Positions 25,681 to 36,500 of a DNA stretch of 64,000 nt are shown one piece after another. A program made the position numbers and the translations under genes. The notes under the pieces were generated by a model, which was not told the origin of the DNA, made no database searches, and was given only the letters and a program-made list of their open reading frames with translations. The stretch's first letter is position 1. Every line of letters starts with the position of its first letter. This stretch comes from Candidatus Eiseniibacteriota bacterium (GTDB lineage Bacteria; Eisenbacteria; RBG-16-71-46; CAZAMP01): contig OZ245046.1 in NCBI GenBank assembly GCA_965224245.1, forward strand, positions 640,001 to 704,000, written 5' to 3'.

Positions 25681-27039
25681 ATGAAGTCGGATCGCCCCCT
25701 CTGCTTCGTCCTGATGCCCTTCGGCGTCAAGCACGACCCGTCCGGCGGCCCCGACATCCCGTTCGACACGATCTACGAGACGGCGATCCGGCCCGGGATC
25801 GAAGGCGCCGGCATGCAGCCGATCCGGGCCGACGAGGAGCGCACCGGCGGCATCATCCACCGGGCCATGTTCGAGCGGCTCCTCCTGTGTGACTTCGCGG
25901 TCGCCGACCTGACCACGGCCAACGCGAACGTGTTCTACGAGCTCGGCGTGCGGCACGCGACCCGACCGGCCACCACGCTAGCGATCTTCGCCGAGAGACA
26001 GCCCCTGCCGTTCGACGTCCAGCACCTGCGCTGTCAGCCATACACGCTCTCCAGGAACAACCGGATGACGAAGAGAATGGCCGAGAAGAACGCGGCGGCC
26101 CTCACCGAGAGGCTGAAGGAGCTCCGCGAGCTCGTTCGAACCGGTTCGGCGACGGACAGCCCGCTGTTTCAGCTGCTCGCCGAGTACAGGGCTCCCGACA
26201 TCGCGCACCTCAAGACCGACACGTTCCGAGAGCAGGTGAGCTACTCGTCGGCGATCAAGGAGCGGCTCGCGGACGCCCGACGCGCGTCCGACGCCGACGC
26301 GATCGAGCGCGTCGAGCAGGAGCTGGGAAGCCTCGACGCGGCCGAGGCCGGCGTCCTCGTCGATCTGTTCCTCTCGTACCGCGCGGTGTCGCGCTGGGAT
26401 CTCATGGTGCGGCTGTACGATCGTCTGCCGGCCGCGCTCCGGCGCTCGGTCCTGGTCCGCGAGCAGCTCGCCTTCGCCCTCAATAGGAGCGGTGATCGAT
26501 CCCGGGCGCTCCAAATCCTGGAGGAGGTCCGCAAGGAGCAAGGCCCCAGCTCGGAGACGTGCGGCCTGATCGGTCGCATCTTCAAGGACCGATGGGTCGA
26601 GGCCAGGGAGGCCGGCAAGAAGTCACGCGCACGAGGGTTCCTCGATCGCGCGATCGACGCCTACGTCGAGGGGTTCGAGGCCGACTGGCGCGATGCCTAC
26701 CCGGGCATCAACGCCGTCACGCTGCTGGACGTCAAGGGCGACGAGAAGGCGCTGGCCCTCGAGGCCGAGCTGCTTCCCGTGGTGCGGTTCTCCGTCCGCC
26801 AGCGGCTGCGGGCGGCGAAGCCCGACTACTGGGATCATGCCACGTTGCTCGAGCTCGCGGTCCTCGCCGGCGATCGCGCCCAGGCGGAGGATGCCCTGGC
26901 GGACGCGCTCGCCGCCGTCCGTGAGTCGTGGGAGCCCGCGACCACGGCCAACAACCTCCGCCTCATCCACGAGGCCCGGCGTCGGCGCGGCGTCTCGAAG
27001 AAGTGGCTCGCAACCATCATCTCCGAGCTGGAGACGTGA
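25681..27039 (+). CDS. DUF4071 / MAP3K TRAF-binding-type protein: N-terminal nucleoside deoxyribosyltransferase-like (DRHyd) domain plus TPR region
   Basis: CFVLMPFG, RADEE, AVADLTTANANVFYELGVRHA; helical C-half with LSYR, AFALNR, SETCGLIGRIFKD, YPGINA, DYWDHAT; GGAGG RBS. Confidence 0.88.
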   Translation: MKSDRPLCFVLMPFGVKHDPSGGPDIPFDTIYETAIRPGIEGAGMQPIRADEERTGGIIHRAMFERLLLCDFAVADLTTANANVFYELGVRHATRPATTLAIFAERQPLPFDVQHLRCQPYTLSRNNRMTKRMAEKNAAALTERLKELRELVRTGSATDSPLFQLLAEYRAPDIAHLKTDTFREQVSYSSAIKERLADARRASDADAIERVEQELGSLDAAEAGVLVDLFLSYRAVSRWDLMVRLYDRLPAALRRSVLVREQLAFALNRSGDRSRALQILEEVRKEQGPSSETCGLIGRIFKDRWVEAREAGKKSRARGFLDRAIDAYVEGFEADWRDAYPGINAVTLLDVKGDEKALALEAELLPVVRFSVRQRLRAAKPDYWDHATLLELAVLAGDRAQAEDALADALAAVRESWEPATTANNLRLIHEARRRRGVSKKWLATIISELET

Positions 27040-27111
27040 CCGCGCCTCGGCCGCGCCGTCGCGGGGTCACCGTCGGCGGGAGCCGAACCGACACCCACCG
27101 TGCCGACTGCA

Positions 27112-27603
27112 TCAGCGAAGCACGACCAGGCGAAGCGGCCGGCTCACGCCGTCCAGCCGCGCGTGGTACACGCCCGGCTGGACGTGGCGTCCGACCGCGT
27201 CGGTCGCGTCCCACCGGATCGCCGATGCCCCCTCGGGGGCGGTGAGTGCCGTGACCTGACGCCCGCGGACGTCGAACACGCGCAGCACACTGGCGGCCGC
27301 GAGCGTCGTCCCGAACGACACGGTCGCGTGCGTGCGGACGATCGACGGTGCCACCCGGAGGTCGATCGGTGCCGGCGCGCCCTCGGGAAGCCCCAGCGCG
27401 CCGTCGGTCACCGGAACCGATCCCATCACGACGTTGCCCTCCCGGTCACGCACGGTGTAGAGGGTCTCCGGTGCGACCGAGAGCACCGCCGACCCGGAAC
27501 CCTCGGCCGAGCGGCGCTGACTCACGCGAGATTCTTCGTCGGACGTAACACCATGTTGTGAGATTAGTTGTGGACTCTCGCGATGCTGGCGGGCCTGCAG
27601 CAT
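27112..27603 (-). pseudogene. Orphan FlgD/T9SS-like CTD, probable 3' remnant of a secreted protein gene
   Basis: LRVFDVRGRQV..WDATD..GVYHARL..VVLR; no signal peptide or passenger domain; start undefined. Confidence 0.55.
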
Positions 27604-27789
27604 ACCGGTTGTCGCGGCGTCCTCCGAGGACCGGCACGAGTTCGCGAACTCGGCGGGTTACACATCCACTCCATCTGGCGCCTCTGATCTCGACGGCGGC
27701 TCGGCGCCAGTCCCCGGGGAAGCCCGGGTGCCGGCGGGCCGCACTCCGGAGCGCTCGCGACACTTCTCCTGACGACGGAGCAGCAAACA

Positions 27790-29102
27790 ATGATGACAGC
27801 GGCGGTGATCGGTGGTGGCGCGGCGGGAATGGGGGCGGCACGATCGCTTCTGATGGCCGGCCTCGACGTGACGTTGATCGAATCGGCCCCGCGCCTCGGT
27901 GGCAACTGCGTGGCCGACGAGGTGCGCGGAGATCCGTGCGGGCGCTACGCCGTGGATGTCGGGGTGAGCGACTTCAACCGGACGACGTTCCGGGAGTTCT
28001 CACGTCTGGTCGTCGAGCTGGGCGTCGAGACGCGTCCGATCGGCACGGACGCGAGCTTTGCCACGCCCGACGGTCGCACGCTGGCCAGCTCCCGCAATGG
28101 AAGCTGGCACTTCGCGCCCGACGTTCGCGATCCGGTCCGGTTCGTGGCCGGGATGGATCGCTTTCGGGCTCGCGCCGTGGAGGTGCTGACCGATCCGCGG
28201 TTCGCCGACTGGTCGGTGGAGCGGTATCTCGATCATCTTCGCGTATCGCCGGAGCTTCGCCGGATCTACGTGTACGCCCGCGCGATGGGGTCGTTCCCGA
28301 TGCCCGACCGGAGCCCGGCGACCTACCCGATCCGGGACCTGATCGCGTTCTGGCAGATCCACGGCGTCGTGGGCCGCGCGCCGGCCGACCGGCACGCCGT
28401 CGTCGGAGGCATGCACCGGTACACCGACGCGTTTCGCTCCTGGTTCGTCGGAGCGGGTGGCCATCTGGCGTCCGGTGCTCACGTGCAGTCGGTTCGGCGC
28501 ATCGGGGCCGGGTGGACATCCGGGCCGCCGGCGGAGATGGCCGCCCGCTGCGCTTCGGGGCCGATCGACTCGTCCTGGCCACGAGCCCCGGCGATGCGCT
28601 GGGCCTTCTCGGCGATCCATCGTCCGCGGAGCGACGCGCGCTCGGCCGCTTTCCGATGCAGCGGGCGGAGATCGTCGTGCATCGGGATCGACGACTCGTT
28701 CCCGACGACCCCGACGCATGGGGCGCGTACAACTACGTGGTTCCGGCCGGGGCACTGCCCAGGGTTCGTCCCACGATCACGTTCTTCCCCCGGGAGCTGT
28801 CGGGCGTGCCGACCCGGGCCCGCGACGTGTTCGTCACGATGAACCCGCACGTCGCGCCTCACCCGGACACGGTCGTCGCTCGTCGCCGGTTCCTGCATCC
28901 GATCGCCGGACCCCGACGCGACGAGGCGGCCGCCACCATCGAGTCGATGCAGGGGCAGCGGAACACGTGGTTCGCCGGTGCGTACCTGCGGACGCCGTTC
29001 GTCCACGAGTCGGCCATCTCGAGCGGCATCCGTGCCGCCGAGCTCGTCGTCGGCTCGCACGACCGGCGCTGGAGCCGGCGACTGGCCGGGGCCCAGAGGT
29101 AG
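27790..29102 (+). pseudogene. FAD-dependent oxidoreductase (amine-oxidase-like), frameshifted near 28504-28512
   Basis: VIGGGAAG..LIE..RLGG in one frame; DRLVLAT..WGAYNY..TWFAGAY..HESAISSG in the -1 frame. One added base would give about 437 aa. Confidence 0.8.
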
Positions 29103-29193
29103 GGGAGGATGCCGGATCGGGACACGCCCGCTGCCGGGCGGTCGCGCCGGGCTCGTCCGTGGCGAGGTTCCGGCGCGCACGGACGGCGTGCGC

Positions 29194-31578
29194 TCAGCGG
29201 AGCACCGTGATCTTCCGCGTGGCGGTGCCGATCGGGCTGTCGGCGCAGAAGAAATAGGTACCGGCGGGCACGCCGTGACCGCGATCGTCCCGGCCGCTCC
29301 ACGCGAACGTGTGGCGGCCACCGTCGTATCGATGCACGGGGAGACCCCAGACCCGGCGTCCCGCCGCGTCGAAGACGGTCACACGCACGTCGAGCGACGC
29401 CGGCAGGACCGCGTCGACGCGCCAGCCGGCCGTCGCGGGGTTCCGGCTCACGACGTCGAGCGCGAACACGGGACCGGCCACGGCCGGGACCCCGATCGGC
29501 GGCGGATCCTCCCCGGCGCACCCGCGGTCGATGATCTGGAGTCCGTCGTTCGATGCGAGATACACGAGCTGATCGGTCAGCACGGCCGCCGACACGGCGC
29601 CCCAGGTCTGGAGCCGCCGCTGCACGGCCGGAGACCGGGGATCGGACAGGTCCACGATGTCCACGAACGCGGTGGTACCGGCGATCACCTCGTCGCCGTT
29701 GAACGCGTAGTCCCCCGACACGTCCACCTCGGCCAGTGCCTTCGGATCGTCGGGGGTGGAGATGTCGTAGACGGTGGTTCCGCCGAACCACTCGTCCACG
29801 AGCATCGTCTCATCCATGACGGCGACGCTCACGAGCGAGCCCGGCCGCTCAACCACGACCTCGGCGGCGGCAGGATCGGAGACGTCGAGCACGAGCAAGC
29901 CCGCATACTGATCCGATACGTACGCATACGACCCCTGGACGGCCACGTCGCGGACCACGCCGGCGGTCGCGATGGTCTCGACGATGACGGGTGCCGCGGG
30001 ATCGGACGCGTCGATGATGTGAAGATCGCCGTCCACGGCGTACACCCAGGTACCCTCGGCGTCGACGGCGTCGGCATCGCCGGGAGTCGCGACCGACCCC
30101 ACGAGCACCGGCGCGGCCGGGTCCGACACGTCGATCACCTGGATGCCCTGGCTGTCGTCGGCGACGTACGCCGTGGTTCCGCTCGTGACCAGCCCCCGCG
30201 CCCTTCCCGGTGTGTCGGCCGCTCCGAGGAGCACCGGCGCCGCGGGATCCGAGACGTCGAACAGCTGCAGCCCGTCGTGGTTGGCCGCGCACAGCGCGAC
30301 CGGGCCGTCCAGCACGATGTCGCGAAGGACGTCGCGGGTCACGGTGAGGCTGACCGTGTGCCAGCCGTTCGGGTCGCGAAGGTCCACCGTGCGCAGCTGG
30401 CTCGTGTCCGAGCCGCCCGCGAACCCGCGACCCCCGAAGAGATCCAGGCGCGAGACGGTTCCGCCGAGGCGCAGGCCGCTGAGCGTCCTCGGAGCCAGCG
30501 GATCGGAGACGTCCACGATGGCGACGTCCCAGCCGGCCAGGTTGTCTCCGGCCAGGATGGCCCGACCGTTCTCGACGTGGACGTTCCAGCAGCTCGTGTC
30601 CTCGAGCGTGGTCACGATGAACGGCGCGTAGGGATCGGCGACGTCGACGATGGTGAGCCCGACCTGGTAGTCGGCCACGTAGGCGTAGTCGCCGTCGACG
30701 TCCACGTCGTCTGCACGGTACCCCGGCGTGGGGAGGTACGAGAGCGTCGTCACGTCGGTGGGATCACTCGCATCGAGAATGCTCAGACCGTCGGCCCACG
30801 CGAAGTAGATCAGATCACCCTGCGTGGTCGCGGCTCCGAGGCTGGCGGTGTCGGTCGAATGGACGATGGGGGCCGCCGGGTCGGTGACGTCGAGGACGCA
30901 AAGCCCGGCGGCGGTCGAGGCGATCACGTGCGTGGGGTCGAGCCACGCCATGTTGATCGTCCAGCTCACGAGCGGCGTGGTCGAGACCACCTCGGGGCCG
31001 GCCAGGGGGGTCCAGTCGATGATGACGACGCCGTCGTACCCCGACCCCACGTACGCGTACTGCTCGTCGACCACGATACCCTGCGTACACTCCGGGAGAT
31101 CCAGCGTGGCGGTCACCACCGGGGCGTCGGGGTCCGACACGTCCACGATCCGGAAGTCCGAGTTGCAGGCGACGACGAAGAGCCGATCTCCGAGGCGTGC
31201 GAAGTCCGAGTTCCGGATCGGCGCGCTGTTCGTCCGCAGGAGGCCCTCGCACGTCGCCTCGAGCGGGATCGTCCCGAGGTCCACGGTACCGACGTCGACA
31301 CCGGACGTCTCCACGCTCGCGAGGTGCGTGATGCCATCGCGATCGGCGGCGACATCCAGTAGGATCGTCTCGACCGCGCCGGAGGGCACGTCGAGCGAGA
31401 ACGTTCCAGTGGCGTCCGCGTCGGTGCTGGCGCGCAGGCTCGCCACCGTCACGTACGCGCCCGCGGCTGGCGATCCGTCGTCGAAGACGACCTGCCCGCC
31501 GAGCTCGAGTGCCACAGCGGGACGGGTTACGAGGATGACGGTGCCGAGCAGCAGGCCCCATGAGACGCAGGGCTTCAT
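29194..31578 (-). CDS. Secreted LVIVD-repeat protein with N-terminal carboxypeptidase-regulatory-like domain and FlgD/T9SS-like CTD
   Basis: Signal peptide MKPCVSWGLLL; many AYVAD..GL.IVDVSDP..P repeats; WSGRDD..GTYF CTD. Confidence 0.88.
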   Translation of the reverse strand: MKPCVSWGLLLGTVILVTRPAVALELGGQVVFDDGSPAAGAYVTVASLRASTDADATGTFSLDVPSGAVETILLDVAADRDGITHLASVETSGVDVGTVDLGTIPLEATCEGLLRTNSAPIRNSDFARLGDRLFVVACNSDFRIVDVSDPDAPVVTATLDLPECTQGIVVDEQYAYVGSGYDGVVIIDWTPLAGPEVVSTTPLVSWTINMAWLDPTHVIASTAAGLCVLDVTDPAAPIVHSTDTASLGAATTQGDLIYFAWADGLSILDASDPTDVTTLSYLPTPGYRADDVDVDGDYAYVADYQVGLTIVDVADPYAPFIVTTLEDTSCWNVHVENGRAILAGDNLAGWDVAIVDVSDPLAPRTLSGLRLGGTVSRLDLFGGRGFAGGSDTSQLRTVDLRDPNGWHTVSLTVTRDVLRDIVLDGPVALCAANHDGLQLFDVSDPAAPVLLGAADTPGRARGLVTSGTTAYVADDSQGIQVIDVSDPAAPVLVGSVATPGDADAVDAEGTWVYAVDGDLHIIDASDPAAPVIVETIATAGVVRDVAVQGSYAYVSDQYAGLLVLDVSDPAAAEVVVERPGSLVSVAVMDETMLVDEWFGGTTVYDISTPDDPKALAEVDVSGDYAFNGDEVIAGTTAFVDIVDLSDPRSPAVQRRLQTWGAVSAAVLTDQLVYLASNDGLQIIDRGCAGEDPPPIGVPAVAGPVFALDVVSRNPATAGWRVDAVLPASLDVRVTVFDAAGRRVWGLPVHRYDGGRHTFAWSGRDDRGHGVPAGTYFFCADSPIGTATRKITVLR

Positions 31579-31689
31579 GATGTCTCCGTCGATGCGACCG
31601 GCGCGCGCGCGCCGCGGAATGTCGGGCCGCGCCCCTGGAATGATATCAAGCACGCCACCGGCCGACCACCGATTGCGTGGCCGCGCGTC

Positions 31690-33522
31690 ATGAGTGAACC
31701 CGACCCGACCCAGCGCACGCCTGCGGCCGCGCTCATCCTCCTTGCCGTGCTCGCGTTTCTCGTCTACTCGCCAACGTTGTTCCATGGCTTCGTCTACGAC
31801 GATCCCGGCCTGATCGCGTCCCTGGACGGCGGACCGCCGCGCCTCCACCGCATCGTGCTGTGGACGAGCGCCTGGGTCGACGCCGCGATCTGGCGGGGAC
31901 GCCCGGTCGGATTCCATCTGACGAACGTGATGCTCCACGCGGTGACCACGGCGCTCGTGGCCTGGGTGGCGACCCGGATCGGAGGACGGTCGATCGGCCG
32001 GTGGGCCGGGCTCACGTTCGCCGTACACCCGGTTCACGCGGACGTCGTCACGCCCATCGTGCACCGCAAGGAGATGCTCGCGCTGATGTTCGGTCTCGCC
32101 GCGACTGTCGCCTGGCGACGGAGCGGTCGGTCGGTTCTCGCCGGCGTGCTGGCGGTGACTGCGTTCGTCGTGGCCCTTCTGTCCAAGGAGGTGTCGATCG
32201 TGGCGCTGCCGGTGCTGCTTCTCGCGTCGATGCACCAGCGGGTGTGGAGTGACGGCATGAACGCGGCCAGGTGGCCGGTCCTCACGATGCTCGGCCTGAG
32301 CGTTGCGGGTGCCGCATTCGTTCTCTCGACGATTCCCGATCCCTTCGCGCGAGCGTCCATCGCCGAGCTCCACGGGTGGCAGATCGATGCCTACGGAGAC
32401 GTCGTTCGCAACGTCGCCGCGGGATGGGCTCGCGCGATCGGGCTCTGGCTCGGCGACCCCGCCATCGTCGCCGAGCCACCGCTCATTCGCGCGACGGGTC
32501 TCGGCTCGGGGACGGTCACGTTCGGTGCGTTCGCCCTGATCGTCGTGACCGCGATCGTCGCGTTCACGTGGCGCCGGCGGCCCATCGTCTCGTTCGGGCT
32601 CCTGTGGACCGCGGGCATGCTCGTCCCGACGTCCAACCTCGTCCCCCTCTCGCACTTCTACCTTCCCGCGCGCTATCTGTACGCGGCGTCGTTCGGGGTG
32701 TGTCTCCTCGTGGGATACGGCGTGGGCGCCGCCCTCAGTGCACGGGCGGTCCGCGCGCGGCGATCCGCGCGCGCTGCGGTCGGCTTCGCCGCTGCTCTCG
32801 TCTGTGGTGCGCTCGCGATGGCCGCGATGGGGCGGTCGGGGGACTGGACGTCCGACGAGGCGATCTGGCGCACGGCCCGGGAGCGGGGCGCCGCGAGCCT
32901 TCGCGCCCATCAGGGGCTCGCGCGTCTGGCGGTCGCGGACCGCGACTACGCCGGCGCCGCCGAGGAGCTCACGCGCGCGGCCGAGCTCGTGCCCCTCGAT
33001 GACCCGTCGGTGTCCGGTGGCTACGACGGTGGCGTGCATCGAGACCTGGGCTGGGCGCTCCATCTCGCCGGCCGTGTCGACGAGGCGGGCACGGTCGGAG
33101 AGAGCCTGGCGGTCTACTTCCCGGACGACGTGTCGGCACGGCTGCTCGCGTCCCGCGCGGCCATGGCCCGCGAGAACGATGCCATCGCGCGACGACATCT
33201 GGAGCGGCTGGACACGCTGCGTCCCGATGAGCCTCGCACGCTCTCCACGCTGGCGCTGCTGCTCGCCACCTCCCGGGACGAGTCGATCCGGGATCTCGAG
33301 GCCGCGTGGAGCCTGGCCCGGCGCGCCGTCGCCCGCCGCGAGGATGCCGCCGGGCTTCGCGTGATGGGAGTGGTCGCGAGCCACCGTGGCGCGTTCGAGG
33401 ATGCCGTCGCGCTGGCCGAGCGCGCGCGCACCCTGGCCCGCGCGCCGGGCGACACGACCCTCCGCCGGATCCTGGACGAGGACGTGCGCCGCTATCGCGA
33501 GGGCGTGGCCGGCACGCGTTGA
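31690..33522 (+). CDS. TMTC/DUF1736-like membrane O-mannosyltransferase with TPRs
   Basis: GFVYDD, FHLTNVMLH, FAVHPVHAD.V, R.E.L, LLSKE, RYLY, W.S...IW, TPR tail. Confidence 0.82.
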   Translation: MSEPDPTQRTPAAALILLAVLAFLVYSPTLFHGFVYDDPGLIASLDGGPPRLHRIVLWTSAWVDAAIWRGRPVGFHLTNVMLHAVTTALVAWVATRIGGRSIGRWAGLTFAVHPVHADVVTPIVHRKEMLALMFGLAATVAWRRSGRSVLAGVLAVTAFVVALLSKEVSIVALPVLLLASMHQRVWSDGMNAARWPVLTMLGLSVAGAAFVLSTIPDPFARASIAELHGWQIDAYGDVVRNVAAGWARAIGLWLGDPAIVAEPPLIRATGLGSGTVTFGAFALIVVTAIVAFTWRRRPIVSFGLLWTAGMLVPTSNLVPLSHFYLPARYLYAASFGVCLLVGYGVGAALSARAVRARRSARAAVGFAAALVCGALAMAAMGRSGDWTSDEAIWRTARERGAASLRAHQGLARLAVADRDYAGAAEELTRAAELVPLDDPSVSGGYDGGVHRDLGWALHLAGRVDEAGTVGESLAVYFPDDVSARLLASRAAMARENDAIARRHLERLDTLRPDEPRTLSTLALLLATSRDESIRDLEAAWSLARRAVARREDAAGLRVMGVVASHRGAFEDAVALAERARTLARAPGDTTLRRILDEDVRRYREGVAGTR

Positions 33523-33540
33523 GAGCCCCACGCCGAGGTT

Positions 33541-36500
33541 TCAGCTCCGCGTCAGCTCCATCGGCACGTCGACGAACAGAACGTCGAGCGGCGATTCTCC
33601 CCGTCTCGCGCGCTCGAGGCTGTCCGAGATTCGCTGCCGCCACTTCCGTCCGAGTGCGCACTCGACGTCGGATGCGGTCTCCAGCGTCGAGATGCCACGC
33701 TCGTGATCACCGCGGGCGTAGTGACAGAGACCGGCGAAGTACCGGTTGACCATCTGGGTCAGGGGTCGATCGTCGTCGGCGAGAACCCGTTCGACCAGCT
33801 CCAGCGCGGCGTCCCATTTGCCGCGGCGCATCTGGATCGCGGCCAGCGTGTTCCGGTAGGTCGGGTCGTCCGCGCTGAGGATAAGCGCCGTCTCCATGAG
33901 CTCCTCGGCGCGGTCGAGATCCCGACCGCACAACGCCAGCGACCAGGCGAGATTGTTGCACGAGGTGGGATTGGTGGGATCGCGCTCGTACACGTCCTCC
34001 AGGGTCGGGATCGTGGCGGCGACGTCACCACATGCCCAGTCGTACCCAACGCGATGCTGCTCGAGCTCGTCGGGGTCACCCTTCAGGCTCGCGAAACGCG
34101 ACAGATCCTCCTCGAGCCGATCGCACTCGTTGCGGCGCGAGTGGCCGCCGATGCGCGCCCGGACGATCGTCAGGCTGTCCGTCTCGGGGTGCAGCGCGAA
34201 GATGCGACGCTCCAGGCGCACGGCATCCTCGTGACGCCCGGCGGCACAGAACGCGTCGACGAGCGCGAGCTGGGACTCCCTCGATCCATACTGCCGATCG
34301 ATCTGCTCCAGGATCTCGATCTCACCGTCGACGTCCCCGAGCTCCTGTTTGATGCCGAGTCTGAGCTGCAGAACCAGCAGGTCCGATGGCGCCCGCTCCC
34401 CGGCGGTGTCGGCCAGGGAGTCGGCCAGGAAGTGCCGGCCGTCGGCGAGCTCGATCGCCGCCAGGAGAAACAGCGGGTAGGGCCCGGCGCTCGTGTCGCC
34501 GGCGACGTCGGCCAGGAGGTCGTGCGCGAACGTGCGTCGCCGTTCTCCTTCCTCACCCGCGCCGCCGACGTCGTTTCCGAGGATCCGGGCGACGGCCTGG
34601 ATGACGAACCCGTGATCGTCGGGGTAGTCCTTCACGTACGCTCGGATGGAGTCGAACTCCGACTCGTCGGCCAGGTGGTTGTAGGAGTACGGCTGCACCA
34701 CACCCGCTCGAAACCGGAGCCAGTCTTTCCGGAACGTCCGGTATGCGTCGCCGTCCAGAAACACGCGGTCCATCGCGAAGTCCTGGGTCACCTCCACCCA
34801 CCGGTCGTCGCCGTCCGAGCGCGTACGTGCCCGGATCCGGCCCTCGTACCCCGGGCCGGCCACGCTCAGCGGCACGACCTCTTCGTCGGCTCGCCACCCG
34901 GCGCCGTGATGGAACCGGAGGGTCGCGTGACCGCGGTACGGATACGCGAGCTCGATGGCGACCCCGCGCTGGTCCACGTCGGGAAACGACAGAAACGGGT
35001 CGGCGACCTCGGTATCGTGCCGGAATGCGACCGTGTTCCGATCCGGTGCCCACGACGTGTCGACGAAGGTGCCTCGCAGCGTGACGTCCTCGCACTCGGA
35101 CTCCAGCATCGCCCAGTCGACCCGGCGGCAGGAGGACCAGAGGCCGTAGCCGAGCGCACGCGTGATGACGTAGTTCACGACGTTCGTGTCCGGATGCTCC
35201 ATGAGACCGTGAAGCTGTGCGGCGACGTCGCCGGTCAGCCGGTTCGAGACCTCGATTCGTGCCCGGCGAGCGGACTCCGGGAAGATGTCGACCTCGAGCT
35301 CCATGCCCGTCCGGTCCGGCTCCTGGAGCGGGATGTCCACGAGCGTTGCATCGTCGCCTCGCGGCAGCACGAGTCCCGTGACGCCGGTGTCTGCCGCCGG
35401 CAGGTAGTCGTAGCAGGGGATCCCGCTGGTCAGGTCGCAGAAGACCTCACGACCCGAGCCGACGTGGACCCGTACGATCACGTGGGTGAACTCGCCCGGC
35501 TCGGGCTGGTCCTCGTGGATCCGGACGTCGGGGCGCGGCGCCAGGAGAACCGGCTCGGCGTCCACGCCCACGGCCTCCAGGCACGCGAGCATCAGGACCA
35601 CCATGTCCTTGCAGTCGCCGTAGCCGCGTCGTGCCACCTCTCGCGCGGCCGTCGGCACGACCGATCCACGGTCGAGCGCGATGGAGAGATACTCGACCTC
35701 CGAGACGATGTGACGGAAGAGCGCAGCGACGATCTCACGCTCGCCGTGCGCGTCCGCGGTCACGCGCGTCGCCAGCTCGCGGATCTCGTCCGATGCCTCA
35801 ACCCGGCTCCAGAACGTGCGCGCATACTCCCGGACCGCGTCGGGCCACGACGCATAGGTGCTCGCGGCCACCCACGGGTAGCTCTCGATGAGGTTGCCCA
35901 CGTCGGTCGCCACCCAGAGCTCGGGCGCCTCGACTCGCCATCGGTGGAGTGCGTAGGTGCCGTCGGTCCACGTATCCGCCGGGGCCACGTCGTCGTGCGT
36001 CATGAGGTGCAGCGGGGAATCCCGCCTGACCCGCAGCTCGAGCACCTCTTCGAGGATCGGCGAGAACCCACCGAACAGGTGACGGACGGACCAGCCGCCG
36101 TCGAAGAAGCTCTCCTCGTGCTGATCGAAGACCAGGTCGAGCGAACACCCCACGGTGAGATCGGGGAAGGGGATGGTCAGCTCGCGCCAGTCGTCGATGT
36201 CGGCGTTGCCGACGCTCGACGACGAGACGTAGAAATCCGAGCGCGACACGTCGGTGATCCGCCCGTCGGGGTGGATCACGCGCGCGACACGGACGCGCGG
36301 CATGCTGCGTCCGGCCCGGAAGGCGATCCGCATGGGCTGCACGTCGACGAGGCCGTCTCGCGCCAGAACCTGGATCGTGGTGCGACGGCGGCTGGTGAGG
36401 CGCGACGGTCCGACGCTGGAGAGGCTCGCCTGCGACAGGAGGGTCCGGGTACCGTAGCCGGCCGAGACCGTATCCTCGGATGCCATCCGCTCCAGGATCC

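Noticed and set aside
31579-33531. 651-aa N-terminal extension of the 1445-aa ORF
   Set aside because: It is antisense to the TMTC-like gene. The real start is ATG 31578, with an RBS and a signal peptide.
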